From: Camelus ferus | Taxonomy: Eukaryota | NCBI RefSeq assembly: GCF_009834535.1 | Contig: NC_045713.1 | Location: forward strand, 18,724,001-18,788,000 | Reading direction: 5' to 3' | DNA length: 64,000 nt | Part shown: in pieces, positions 21,050 through 34,280 of the stretch | How the letters are laid out: the number at the start of each line of letters is the position of its first letter | Numbering within the stretch: the first letter of the stretch is position 1 | Made by a program: the position numbers and the translations under genes | The notes under the pieces: generated by a model | Told to the model about the DNA's origin: nothing | Databases searched by the model: none | The model's input: only the letters and a program-made list of their open reading frames with translations

Positions 21050-21760
21050 ACTGCTGTAGGAGGGAATCGAGACCACTTCCGGCCGTCCTCGTCCGATCAG
21101 GGTCTAGGCGTTAATACGTCCCGTCTTCTCGCCATTGTCGCCCCACACGGCTCACGTCACTTCTGCGGGGGGTGTGGGTGTGGGTGTGGGTGTGTCTTTC
21201 CCCACTCAGTGCGTATTTCCGCTTGTTCCCGCAGTTAGTCTTAGCTCTAACCCAAGCGAAGCCACTTCCGGCCTTCCCTGGAGCCTGCCGCAGTTCTCTT
21301 CCGGGTGATGGCGGCTGAGTGCCCCGGATGTAGCCCTGGCGAAAGCCTCTCTCCCTTTCTTCCCCCGCCTTCCCTGGATCCTTAGGTGAGCGCGCGCCGG
21401 TGGGACTGCTGGAGTCCCCGGGGCTCTGCCGCCTCTCGAATTTGTACACAGCCCAAGACAGTTGGGGGGGGTCACCCAGCGGAGTTGGAGTTCGGCGCAG
21501 GGAGGAGCGGGGCTGCCGGGGCGCCAGGTCCTGGGCCTGCCAGGGCCCCACAGACTTCCAGGAAGCTGGGGGTGGTGGAGCGGGTGTCAGCCCGCGGAGC
21601 ACCTTCGCTCCCAGGACTGCGGGGTCCGGGAATGGGGGTGGTCACGTGGAGGAACCCATCTTTCGTTCAGGGTGGGAGTGCCCATGGGGAGCTCCTCCGC
21701 GCGTTCACCTCTCCGTCCCCGCAACTGCAACTCTTCCGGATGCCAGACTGGTGCCTCCTG
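21050..21760. promoter_or_regulatory. CpG-island promoter of CD2BP2, probably bidirectional
   Basis: CpG-rich, with ETS/GABP-type CTTCCGG motifs (about 21075, 21265, 21298) and a YY1-like GATGGCGGC (21307-21315). Exon 1 donor TAG|GTGAGC at 21385/21386. Confidence 0.75.
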
Positions 21761-21945
21761 GCTGCCAGCTCCCCTTATGGCCCTTGATTCTGTGTTCCCT
21801 CCTGTCCCTAACTAGATCTAGTAACGATCAGGTGAAAGATTTGTTGTGCAGGGAGCCCTCTCGCGGTAAGTATTGTGCTCACCAAGTTCCCCTAATCTTC
21901 ACCCTTTCCCTCGGCTCAGCTTGGGGAAGGCCCCTCTATCCAGTC

Positions 21946-23602
21946 ATGCCAAAGAGGAAAGTGACCTTCCAAGGCGTGGGAGATGAGGATGATGAGGATG
22001 AAATCAGCGTCCCCAAGAAGAAGGTGAGGGGGCCAGACTCCTGCGTTCTGGGGAAGAGTGAGGGGAGAAAAATAGGAGCTAGAAGCTAGCAGAGAAACCT
22101 GGAGGGACAAAGAAAGGGTGGAAGGGGCTAGAGTTTCCATGCGCTGTGAGAAATGGGTTTGAAAGATTTTCAGTTTGAGTCTAGAACCTAGGATATTTGG
22201 GGCTAATAGCTAGTAACCTACATCTCTCTCGACTTCTGGCTCCTGCTTACAGTTGGTGGATCCTGTGGCTGGGGCAGGGGGTCCTGGGAGCCGCTTCAAA
22301 GGCAAACACTCTTTGGACAGCGATGAGGAAGATGATGATGATGAAGGGTCTAGCAAATATGACATCCTGGCCTCAGAGGATGTAGAAGGTGAGTTATACC
22401 CAAGAATTGACTTTCTACTAGAGGAATAAATAGATGCTCCTGTGGTTGTGGAGCACTGGAGGCTCCTGTCTCTTTTGCACACCTAGCATGGGACTCCTGT
22501 GTTTTGGGTGCAGGTCAGGAAGCAGCCACGCTCCCCAGTGAGGGAGGTGTGCGGATCACACCCTTCAACCTGCAGGAGGAGATGGAGGAAGGCCACTTTG
22601 ATGCTGATGGCAACTATTTCCTGAACCGGGATGCTCAGATCCGAGACAGCTGGCTGGACAACATTGACTGGGTGAGGTCCAGGGGCTGGCATGGCTGGGC
22701 CTGGAGGTGGCAAGTGCTGTTGGGCCTGGAACCTGAGACAGTTTGTCAGAAATAAAACTCTCCTATTTTCGCATTACAGGTAAAGATCAGGGAGCGGCCA
22801 CCTGATCAGCACCCACCATCAGACTCAGAGGAGGAGGACAGTCTGGGCCAGACACCATTGAGCACCCAAGCCCTCCTGGAGGGCCTTCTGGAGCTGCTGT
22901 TGCCAAGAGAGACAGTGGCTGGGGCACTGAGGCGTCTAGGGGCCCGAGGAGGAAGCAAAGGGGGCAGCAAGGGGCTGGGGCGGCCCAGTTCCCCTCAGCG
23001 CCTAGACCGGCTCTCTGGGTTGGCCGACCAGATGGTGGCCCAGGGTAACCTCGGAGTATATCAAGAGACAAGGGAACGGTTGGCTATGCGGCTGAAGGGA
23101 TTGGGGTGTCGGACCCAGGGACCTCCTGACCCCACACCACCACCCTCTCTGGACATGTTTGCTGAAGAAGTGGCAGAGGGCGAGCTGGAGACCCCAACCC
23201 CTACCCAGAGAGGAGGTAAGATTGTAGGGCAAAGGAGGGGTGTTGTGGGCAGGGGGCAGGCCACTTGAGGCCCCTGTGGCTTTGCTTGTTATTTTAGAAG
23301 CAGAGTCTTCTGGAGATGGTCTGGCGGATGTGATGTGGGAATATAAGTGGGAGAACACGGGGGATGCTGAGCTGTACGGGCCCTTCACCAGCACCCAAAT
23401 GCAGGTAAGCTCCTTTCTACTCCATTTTGCCTCTTCTCTACCTCTCTCCACTCCGTCAGTCCTGCCCTAGCTCTGCCCTCTCTTCCTGCAGACTTGGGTG
23501 AATGAAGGCTACTTCCCAGATGGTGTTTATTGCCGGAAGCTGGACCCTCCTGATGGACAGTTCTACAACTCCAAACGTATTGACTTTGACCTCTACACCT
23601 GA
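21946..23602 (+). CDS. CD2BP2: CD2 cytoplasmic tail-binding protein 2 (U5-52K, GYF domain), 341 aa
   Basis: Exons 21946-22023, 22253-22388, 22514-22671, 22780-23215, 23298-23404 and 23492-23602 total 1026 nt. Translation: [87 protein letters not shown]. Confidence 0.98.
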
Positions 23603-23718
23603 ACCTGATGAGGGCCCAGTTTGGTGGCCCCTTCTTTCCTGGACTTTGTGGAAGAGGCCCTGGCTGCCTCAGGCAGTGAGGATATTGGGGGCCAGTTTTC
23701 AGTCAACTTCCTTTTCCC

Positions 23719-23724
23719 AATAAA
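23719..23724 (+). terminator. Poly(A) signal AATAAA of CD2BP2
   Basis: AATAAA about 115 nt after the stop, followed by GT-rich sequence. Confidence 0.75.
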
Positions 23725-25351
23725 GGCCTTTAGTTGTGTATTAGGGCCTTGACTTTGCTGATGGCCAGAAGCTGGCCTTTCTCCACCGCTCTTTTGGACT
23801 TGTCTTGGTCCTTGAGTGTTTCCTCTCATGAAGTTCCTCCTTGGGAGTTCCTCTCTAGTCTGTTGAACCACCTCACATTGTTTATTACTCCTAAGGGTGG
23901 AGCTGGGGCCTGTCAGGTGTCCTGTGGCCTCTCAATCTGGATTGTGTTCACCATCTAAAAAATTCCTTCACTTACATGCTGTTCTCCAGAGTCCTCTGGG
24001 GGTTCCTGTTATGTTGCTTTTAGGTCTTTGGCTTTTAGGGCCTCAGATTTTCTGCTTTGCAGCCAGTACAGGTTAGAGTCCCAGAATTGAAGATTTTAGG
24101 CCTGGAAGCACTGGTACATCTGTTGAGGGTGAGCAGGAAGATTGGTACTTACTGGCCCCCACTGTCTTGAGCTCTTTAGATGTTGGGCAGAAGTGTCCTC
24201 TTACATAAAGTCCAGATTCAGTGTTGGCACTTGAATGGACCTTTCACGGCCACCTGCACCAGTCATGCATTGTAGAGGCACAGAGAAGGGTAGCATCTCA
24301 CTGCAGGTTACACAGTGAATCAGAGTGCTAGCCCAGACCTTTCCTGGCACCAGGCCTTTTCTGCCTGGCCTTGGAGGCCCTGCCGCTTACATTTCCTGGG
24401 CTCCCACAATTTGCCTGGCACGGGACTAGTGCTTTGAGGGAACTGAGATAACTGTCTGGTCTCCTTCAAGGAATTCAGAGTCTGGGCAGGTAGGGAGGAA
24501 GATGGATAGGTTTGATTGTATGTCTTAACACCTTCCACCTACTGGCAGTGCTGCCTCATGCCTCTCACTCACACCAAGTTAGTTCTCTGCCTAGGCTCTC
24601 TATTGGAATCTCATGGGGAGCTGTAACATTACTCCTCACAGATTTGGAATGAATTGGTCTAGGTAATGGCCTGGTGGTTGGATCTTTTAAAAGTTCCCAG
24701 GTGTTTCCCATGTGCAGCCAGGTAGCAGACGACTGGGCCTGACTTCCATGACTGAGATTACACCTGGGGAGAGAGGCCGGATCCTGAACTCTGCTCCAGG
24801 AGAGCTAAGCATGTGCATGGACTGGGGCTTTGGTGGAGTCTGTTAGTTGCAGGAGAGTTGAGCACCAGAGCCCTGGGGCAAATGGGAGTCCCGGGGGGAA
24901 GGAGCCAGTCTCGGAACTAGGAAAGACTTGGGGGCGAGTGGAATACTTGATGCTCCAATGAGGCATCCAACTTCCATAATAATTAGGCCCACTCTAGTGC
25001 CAGCCCAGACCTGGATTTCCTTGACTTCAAGATGCCTTCAGTTTTAAGATGTCTTACTTTGTGTCATTGTGAAAGAAAACCCTGCTCGTTAAAGTTGTTA
25101 AGATGTCATTGATTCAAAGCTGCATCCTGATTTCAGAATCAGGTGTCTTAGGACCAGTGAAGTACAGTGGTCACCTTTATATCCCCAATGACTCAGTCAT
25201 GGGAGGTGCTTAGTGTTTGGTGAATAGATGGAAGCTGGAGATGGGGGGGGGGTGTTCCCCTGGATGTCCTACACACCTCATGCTCCCTGGATCCAAAGCT
25301 GACCTCACCCTCTCCCTAGCCTCGTGTGTTCACCTTCCTGATGACACCACA

Positions 25352-25799
25352 TGAAGGCAGAATAGTGGCCCCCAAAGATGTCCCTGTCCTCAATCTCAGA
25401 ACCTGTGACTATATGACTTGACTTGGCAAAAGGGACCTTGCAAGTGTGATTCCATTAATGACTTAGAGGCGGGGGTTATCGTGGATTGTTGAGGTGTAAT
25501 CACAAGGGTCCTATTAAGTGAAAGGGAGTGAGGAGGGTCAAGGTGAGAGGGAGGTGAAGGTCTTACACTACGGCTGGCTTTGAAGATGGAAGTAAGGGCA
25601 ATGTACGAAGGAGTGCAGCTGGAAAAGGCAAAAAAGATGAATTCTTCCCAGGGTCTCCACAAAGAAATGCAGCTCCACTGAAGATTTTACCCCGGTGAGA
25701 ATCATCTTGAACTTTTGGTCTCTAGAACTAATAAAGTTGTGTTGTTTTTAAGACATAAGGTTTGGGGTCATTTGTTACAGCCCCAGTAGGAAACTAACA
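25352..25799 (+). mobile_element. MaLR LTR (MLT1C/D-like)
   Basis: Starts ..aggcagaatagtggcccccaaagatgtcc.. and ends ..gtaggaaactaaca, both characteristic MLT1 termini. Confidence 0.8.
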
Positions 25800-25929
25800 C
25801 TCCAATCTAATGCCTCTTTCCTTTGTGACCATCACTAGTTCTCTCTCCCTGTGGCCATGTCCCTATTACAAGCCCCCATCAACACTTAACTCTCTTGCCT
25901 TTGTGTGTGTGTATAATTTCTATGTAAGT

Positions 25930-26720
25930 AACTTTTTTATATTTTACAGTAGTTTTGTAGATTGACAGAAAGTTTATAAAAATAGAACAGAGTTCACCTA
26001 GTTTCCCTTATTGTTAACATCTTTCAGTGGTACATTTGTTATAACTAATGAACCAATGACATTACTAATTTTAAACGGCTTTGTTGAGAAATAATTCACA
26101 CATTTAAAGTACAGTGGTTTTTCACAGGATTATGCAACCAGCACCACAGTGTCATTTTAGAACATTTTTCTCTACCCTGAAAGAAACCCCACCCATTAGC
26201 AGTTCATCCCCATTCCTCCCCATCCTCCCTCGCTCTCCAGTCCCTGCCAACCACTAGTCTACTTCCTGTCTCTGTAGATTGGCCTATTCTGGACATTTTA
26301 TATAAATGGAATCATATGATATGTGGTTTTCTGTCTCCTGCGCTGCTTCTACTTAGCATGTTTTCAGGATTCATCCACGTAAGGTGTAACAGTACTTTAC
26401 TCTTTTTTATTGTTGGATAACATCCCACTATATGGGTGGATTGCTATTGACTAAACCTCACATTTTATCTGGATTTTAAAAGTTTTCCCCTAATGTCCCT
26501 CTTCTGTTTCAGAATCCTGCCTGGGACATCACATTGCATTTAGCTGTTGTGTCTCCTTGGCTTCCTCTGCTGTGACTGGTCCTCAGACTTGTTTTCACTG
26601 ACCTTGACCAGTCTGAGGCGTGCTGGTTAGCTATTTTGACAAATTCCTACAGTTTGAGCTTCTCTGGTATTTGCCCCATGATTAGATTTGGGTTATGGGT
26701 TTGGGGGAGGAAGACCACAG
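25930..26720 (-). mobile_element. Old L1 (L1M) 3'-end fragments
   Basis: Antisense L1 3'-UTR-like motifs (ctacttcctgtctctgtagattggcctattctggacattttatataaatggaatcat). Confidence 0.7.
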
Positions 26721-29700
26721 AAGTGAAGTCCTTTGCCTTTCACTGGAAATTTTAAAGCCTCCCCATTGCCCTCAAGAGAAAGTTCAGAAACTTGAAGCTG
26801 ACGGGAGGTCTTCCATGGCCCAGCCCGAGCCAGCCCCTCCATCTCCACATCTGCCTTTGCTTCCCTTCCCCCTTCTCTGCCCAACTCCAGGCTCCAGGCT
26901 GCTTCCAGAACAGGACAAATCATTTATTTCTCCAGGCCTGGCCTGTGATGCTCTTCTCTCTTTCCTGACTCTGCAGCACAACAGACCAGTGACTCTGTCT
27001 GCTGTGACATAGTTCTAGGCCTCCTCTGCCTAAAGGCTTCTGGACTCCCAATCCCCACTTCCCAGGTTGGTCATCGTTTCTTGCGCGGTGCCCAGTAGCA
27101 CAGATGTCTGATGCACATGCAAAGTGGTTTCTCCTGGTCTGACTCCACCAGTTAGCCTGAGACGGGATCAGTTGATGAATGAATAGGAAACGAGCCTCTT
27201 CTTTCCTTGTCCTGTGTGTCAGAGAGACAGCACCCTCTTGAGCCAGACTGGAGTGTGGGAGTCTGTTTGACTGTCTTTTCGGCCCCAGAAGGGGCAAGGT
27301 GTGCAGGATGGTCAGCATACAGATGTCTGCACCCAAGTGTCTCCCAAGGAGGCAGGGCTGAGGGGTCGTTAGGAGCATTCTAACTCCTGGGTGTGTCACT
27401 GAGTCATGAACAAATTTGTAAGGGGTTCAGGGTAAAAGCTGCAGATGTCATCACTGCATCTGGGACACCAGACCCTCTGAAATACAGCCTCTTGCCTTTG
27501 GCAGTCCATTTTCCAGAAGAGTAACAGGAGTGGGGGAAGGCGATTCTGGGTGCTACCAGTGGAGGTCTGGGGTCTCATCTTCTGCCCTGGGCATCTGGGG
27601 GTGCCCCAGGAAAGACAAGGACTGGGAAGGAGCCCCCAAAGGGGTTCAGATGAATGAAGAATCAGGCTCCACAAAGCCTGAGGAGTTTGGGTGTCTTCAC
27701 AACTTTGACGCATCTGCCACCCCTTCTAGATCCGCCCAGCTGGCTTGCTGCCTGATTGCACAATCACTGAACCCCAAGTTCCCAGGCAGTGGGGAGGCCT
27801 GAACCTGGCAGTTTGCCTTCCACTCTGCTTCCAGCCAGAACCAAGCTAGAGCCCTGGGGATGCCCAGTTCTTCCTGATGCTGCAACCCAAGAGGAATTTC
27901 TCTCAAGGGCAGATTTAGTAGCAGGTGTTTTGCACAGGACCCCAGGGTGGAAATGTTCCTTCAAGTCAGTAGTCATTTCTGAACTTCCCGTGGAGGCCAG
28001 GCTGCCCCTTGGTCTTTTTGGCCGTTCCCCATGTTCAATGATATGCTGTTCGTGGTAAGTTCAGCACCTTCTAGCCCACCTTTAGCCTCCTCCATGGGGG
28101 CCAGCCCAGCATACATCTCCAATCGGCTGGCTGGGGGCCACTGCTGCCCTGTTCTCCAGGAGGCTTATCTGGCCCAGCCTGCCCTGTAGGTGAGACCTCA
28201 CTTACCTGGGTAAACACTGCATGTGACAAGCCTGGAAAACCCAGCTGCAGATGCTGATGATGTCTGAGATTTGCTTGGGCAGCCTCTGGTTTTCTTGTTC
28301 TGATGCTATCATCCTTGTTCTCGCTTTCCTGTTCTCCACCCGCTACCCCACGTGTCTCTGCTCTGCAGCTCTCGGTGCCATCAGCCCTGCGGCTCCAGTG
28401 CCCAGTTATGGACATATTTCTTTATCTCGACCGCGTCACACTTGGACACAATGTGGGCATTTGCCCTCTGTCCTAAGGGTGCTGCTACCTCTTATCTGAC
28501 CCAGACTTCCCAGGCTAAACCCATCTCTATTTGACAGGAGAAGAGGAGGGTGTTTGACGTTACTTAAGGACCTAAATAAGTTACCATCTTGCACAGCCTG
28601 TTGTTTAGTGTCTGAAATGCCTGGATTTTGTGAGGATTTTCACTTGTTTAAGGAAGGTAGGTATATTTGACTCTTTACTCCATTCTGGCCAGAGCCCCAG
28701 TCAGGCTCTCTGATTACACTGTGCTGCACCCCAGCCCAGCCCCACCTTGTGCCCCAGTATCAGTGGCAGTAGAGACAGTAGAGGGCAGCTTCTGGTTCTC
28801 CACAAATGTCCCCAGAGTCCTCCATGGAGGTCAGCAGGAGGCCCTGTTCCCTGGGTTCATGAACACCGAGGCCGTGTGGGCTAGAGGTGAGCATGGGGGA
28901 GCAAGCTGGTGGGAGAAGCCTAGCCTTGAATGTCATGGCCGTGGGCTCCCTGCCACCAACTAGTCTGGGATCCATGAGGAGGCAGGCCACGTGACATCTA
29001 TCTAAAGCCCCCTGGAGGTTTGTCTTCTGGGGAACATTCTTTGCTCTGACTGTTCCTAAAGTTGCCTTGGTGATGATAATAATAGCCAACATTTATTAAG
29101 TACTAATAATGTGTGCTTAGGCACTAGGCTAAATTGTTCACACATTAGTCCTCCTAGTAACACAGGAGCGGATGTACTATTGTTATTCAGGTGTAAACAC
29201 ATCAGTAACAGGAATGTGGGCCCTTCTGCGGTTTCCTGAAGGAGTAGCCAGAGTGACTGGCACAGGGGCACTGGAGGGGTTGCCTTGGCCAGTGGCTCTC
29301 CACACAGAGGTACAGAACTATTCCAGTATCTTAACAAATGGGCCAGCTGCACCAGTGTGTGTTAACTGAACTTGACTCCTGTGGCTGTGTCAGGAAGACA
29401 CTGGTCTTTGCAAGTTCCATAGTGGGCAGCAGGTGGCAGGACACCAGCATGGTGCCATTACTGTCAAGACTGCCCAGGACCCTGGGCCAGTGACAGAATA
29501 GGAAGCTTGGCAGATTTACTACCGCCTGTCCTAACAAGGGCCTACAGGCCTGTGTTTACTGCTTTCAGCCCTTCCCAGACCCCATTCTCCAGCCACAGTG
29601 AACTTCTTCCAGAAGCTTCCACCCCACAGGCTCTTTGTTGCCTCCAGGCCTTTGCTGAAGCTCTTCTTTCCCTCTGAAGTTCTCTTCCCTCTTCTCTCTG

Positions 29701-29831
29701 ACTGGCTAACTTCTACTATTCAAGACCAGATGGTTAAAAACATTTTGTATATTAAGGAACTGCCAAACTTTTCTAAAGCGGCTGTGCCCTTGCATGTTCT
29801 CATCTGCAGTGTATGAGGTTAAACATTATGT

Positions 29832-30040
29832 CTTTTTATTTATTTTATTTTTTATTGAAGTATAGTCAGTTTACAATGTTTTGTCAATTTCTGGTGTACA
29901 GCATAATGTTTCAGTCATATATATACACATACATATATTCATTTTCATATTCTTTTTCATTGTAGGTTACTATAAGATATTGAACAGAGTTCCCTGTGCT
30001 GTACAGTAGAAACTTGTTGTTTATCTATTTTATATATAAA
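29832..30040 (-). mobile_element. 5'-truncated lineage L1 3' end
   Basis: Poly-T then ttattgaagtatagtcagtttacaatg..ccctgtgctgtacagtag. The same family occurs at 63181-63437. Confidence 0.8.
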
Positions 30041-30204
30041 ACATGTCTTGAATGCCTGTTAGAATAGTTGAGAATCAATGACAGTTTAAACTAGATTAAA
30101 TGTATAAACTGGATAAAGGTGCTTTGGTTCTGATGGATGTTGGGGCAGGTAAGTACCAGTCCTTCCCAGCAGGAAACAGAATCTCACTCGGCTGGTTCTG
30201 GAGC

Positions 30205-30418
30205 AGTGCTGTCCAACAGAACCTTCCATAGTGTTCAAAACTTCTATATCTGCAGTGTTCAAAATTGTAGCGACTATCCACATTGGCTACTGAATGCTTG
30301 AAATAGGGCTAGTGCAATGGAGGAACTGCATTTTAGATCGTATTTAATTTTAATTACTGTAGTTTAAATTCCAATACCCATATGTGGCTAGTGGTTATCA
30401 TATTGTACAGCACAATTC
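30205..30418. mobile_element. hAT-Charlie MITE (MER3/MER33-like)
   Basis: cagtgctgtccaacagaacc..gtggctagtggttatcatattgtacagcac with inverted termini. A similar copy is at about 36260-36480. Confidence 0.7.
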
Positions 30419-31799
30419 TAGAGGCTTTAATATATGGACTCCTTGTAGAGGTATGGATATAAAGAACCTACAAAGAGTGTTGAAGCCCCCAGAGACTAAA
30501 AATAATGGGAAAATGTTAATACCTCTACAACTATGGAGGAAGAGGAAGAAATAGTGTCACTGAACCCCAGTGAAAGCTGGAGAAATGAGGAAGGGGTGAA
30601 ATTCTGATTATCAATTCCAGTGCATGTGTGTGTGGTTTTGGGAGCTCTCTGCCAGAAATGGGGACAAAGACCAAGTATATATTTCTTATTGCAAATCACA
30701 GCATCACAGGAGACCACCTCACAGATGCTACAGGCACGCATAGGGAGATAAAGCCATTGCCAGAGGTGTGACGCAGAGCAGGGAAGGAGGGAAAAGAATG
30801 TCCTGGCTTTCCTCTCTCCCCCTCTGATCTCCGGCCCATCCTACCTGTGTCTGAACCCAAGTGGGAGCCAGAGGGCAAGGGAGCCTCCAGGGCAGAGAGA
30901 AGGGATCTGGGGGTGGAGGGCAGATGACAACCAGCCCAGGGTGACAGGCCCTAAAGCACCATCTCTGAACCCCAGGGATCTGAGGAACTGTTGGAAAACC
31001 CCTTCCTAGGTGGGACACTGAACAGTTTTCTGGGGCAGAGGCAGGTCGGGACCCCTGGAAGTTCCATGGCTTCTGAGGGATCTTTGCTGAGATTCTTAAT
31101 GGCTGAGACAAGAGAAGAAAAAGAAATTAAACTCTGTGCCAGAGCTTACCATGTGCTGGGTGATTTCATTGGTATTTTCTCATTTAATTTTATTACAGTC
31201 CTGGAGAGAAGAGCACCATTACCTTCGATTTAGATCTAGGATGAGGGCAAGTGGTTGGTGACATCAATGGGTGACATTTTTCCAGACTGGAGAAAAGCCT
31301 GCTGGGGTGTAATGCTAAGTACTCCACTCATTATTCTGGGATAGATCCAAACTCATGTCTTTACTGGCCAATCCCTAGGCAGATCCTCCAACTTTCAAAA
31401 TCGAGTATTTTGATTCCTACCACCTCTGGCTTTGCAAAGCACACAGATCTGGTGTGTCTCCATGTGTGGGAATCCCATCAGACTTCTAGGCCCAGCCTTG
31501 GATTCTTGATTCTCCTGATCTTCTTAAAGCTCACCGGAGAAACAACCTAGAGCTTCAGAGTCTGAGTGAACACCAGTTAAATCTTCTAAATTATAGCCAT
31601 GGAGCAAATTACATCAACAGAAGCCTACATAGATGACTCTAGAGGCATATAAGAAGATCTGAACTTCTTGTTTTGATTTTGAATGCTGATTCTACCCCTT
31701 ATCAGCTGTGTGATCTTAGGCAAGTCACTTAACCTCTCTGAGCCAGTTACTGGCCCTGTCAGTAACTGGAGTCACACCCACCTCACATGTCAGTGCTGG

Positions 31800-32830
31800 T
31801 CTTTTTCTCTTAATCAACGCTCTTGAGTTGAACTCCTCATGGCTTTAAACACCACCCAGATGCCAGTGGCCCCCAAATTTACATCTTCAGTGTGGGTCTA
31901 TTCTGTGAACTCCTTAAGTGCTTATAAAAGCTTATAGAGGATTGCTTACCTAAAACCTCCACTTGAGTGTCTAATGGGCATATCAGACTTGGCATGTCCC
32001 CAGGTAAATTCTTTATCTTTCTCCCCAAACCTGCCCCACCCCTAGCCTTCCCATATCAGAAAGTGACAATTTGGTTCTTATAGTTAGGCCAAAAACCTTG
32101 GTGATGTCAGATCCCCTCTCTGACACCCTCCTATCCAAAATGTTAAGACATCCTGTTGGTTTTATCTCAAAAGATACTCAGCAACTGACCACTCCCCTCC
32201 ATGTCTCCCATCACCCTGGTTCAGACTCTGTTATCTCTCACCTGGCAGGTGCGGGAGCCTCCTCAGTGGCCTCCCTGTTCCCACCACTGCCCCCGCAGCC
32301 TGTCTTTTCCCCAGCAGCCAGAAAGGCCCTTTGCAAAGGCAGGGCCCTCCAACGGCTCTCCATTGATTCAGAGCAAAAGTGCTTAAGATCACCTGGCAGG
32401 AGCTGGCCCTGTTTCCTCTCTGACCTCCCCTCCCACCCTCTCCCCATCACATGCTCTGCTCCAGCCACACTGGCTTCTCAGGGGTTCCCAGAACATGCCA
32501 GACATGATCTGGTTTTAAGGCCTTTGTCTTGGCTTTGTCCTTCTCTGGAGTTCCCTCCCCCACGTAGCGCATGGCTGGCTGCCTCACTTCCCTCAGGCTC
32601 CTGCTCAGACGGCACCTTCTGGAGAGGCCACCCTGCAGGAAGGAGCATTTCCTATCCTCGCTTTCCTGCTTTATGTTCCTCCATAAAACCTAACACTACA
32701 GATTAGTCTAGAGTCTGTCTCTCCTCAGGAGATGTTCACCTCCCGGAGGACAGGTGACTGGCACTTTATTTGTTTCCTGGTTGGGTGCGTGGTTAATGTT
32801 CAACAAATATTGGTGGAATAAATGAATAAA
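31800..32830 (+). mobile_element. LINE-2 3' region
   Basis: L2-like sequence ending aacaaatattggtggaataaatgaataaa. Confidence 0.65.
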
Positions 32831-33449
32831 TTTAATAGCATTGTGAGGTAGACCCTTTATTCCCATTTTATTTACTTTTTTCTTTTAGATTTTTCTTTTT
32901 ATTTCCTTTTTTTTTTTTAAGGTTTTTCTTTTGTAGGGGGAATTATGTTTATTTTTGGAAGTGGTACTGGGGGTTGAACTCAGCTTAGCACATGAGAGAT
33001 ATATATATACATACCCTCTTGAGATATACCTTCCCCCATTCCCATTTTAAAAGTCAGGAAAACTGAGACTCAGAAATGTGCCCAAGTGCACACACTTAAT
33101 GACACAGAGTCACTTCCAGGCTGGTCCATCTGACTTCAAGGCCCAGACCCTTACTCCTGACTAATGGGTTGCCTGTCAGCCGTTATATTCATGACATCAA
33201 CCGACATGAGGTATGTTCTCACATGAAAATTAATTTTGGAAGTGAGTGCCAGGAAAACACTGGACTCCTCTGAGGAATTACTGGGTTTCTTGTGTTAGTT
33301 CCTTTTTGACTAAGAGAACTCATCATGTAAATTGTCCCCTCTGGGGTCAGCCCCAGGAAGCTCATAGTCAAATGTGGAGTTGGTCACTTTATTTGCCCTT
33401 TCTTAGGCTTGGATTTTTTTTTTCTCATTTTTTATTAACCTTTTCATCT

Positions 33450-34280
33450 TTTTAAAAAACTGAGATGTAATTGACATATAACATTATATTAGTTTCAGGT
33501 ATACAGCAATGATCTTTTCATGTGTCTGTTGGCCATTTGAATGTCTTCTTTGGGAACAAGTCTATTCAGATCATCTGCCTATTTTTAATGATGGGTTTTT
33601 TTTTTTTTTTTTTTGATGGTTTCTTTTGCTGTGAAGAAGCTTTTTAGTTTGATGTAAACCCACTTACTTATATTTCTTTTTGGTGTCAAATCCAAAAAGT
33701 CATTGTGAAGGCTAATGTCAAGGAGCTTATCACTTAAGTTTTCTTCTAGGAGTTTTATGGTTTCAGGACTTACATTCGTTTTGAGGTTTTTTGTTTGTTT
33801 GTTTATTTGTTTGTTTGTTTTTGTATGGTATAAGATATGGGTGGTTTTATTCTTTTGCATGTGGCTGTCTAGTTTTCCCAGCATCGTTTATTGAAAAGAC
33901 TGCCCTTTCTCCATTGTATATTCTTAGCTTTGTTATTGTAAATTAATTGACTGTATTTTATGGGTTTATTTCTGGGCTGTCTATTCTATTCCATTGATCT
34001 TTGTGTCTGTTTTATGCCAATACCATACTGTTTTTTTGGGGTCACTTTTTTTTTTTTTTGTAAGGGGAGGTAATTAGGTTTATTTATTTATTTATCCTTA
34101 GAGGAAGTACTGGGGATTGAACCCAAGACCTCATGCATACTAAGCATGTGCTCTACCGCTTGAGCTATACTCTCTCCCCCCATACTGTTTTGATTATTTT
34201 AGCTTTATAATATAGTTTGAAATCAGGAAGTGTGATGCCTCCAGCTTTGTTCTTCTTTCTCAAGATTACATTGGCTATTT
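33450..34280 (-). mobile_element. L1 ORF2 3' region fragment, interrupted by a SINE
   Basis: ORF 33585-33884 (-) contains L1 ORF2-like ..[29 protein letters not shown].. Confidence 0.85.
34046..34180 (-). mobile_element. Camelid tRNA-derived SINE (Vic-1-like)
   Basis: Antisense tRNA-like head (gagctatac..ctctacc..ggggattgaaccc) and tail taattaggtttatttatt. Flanked by the TSD ccatactgtttt (34023-34034 and 34180-34191). Confidence 0.85.

Noticed and set aside
21400-22089. 229-aa ORF in CD2BP2 intron 1
   Set aside because: CpG-island ORF that runs into coding exon 2 and then intron. The spliced model already gives the expected 341 aa.
28071-28415. Minus-strand ORF with a perfect CAG|GTAAGT donor near 28207
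   Set aside because: No recognisable protein, and I could not find partner exons. A single consensus donor is common by chance.
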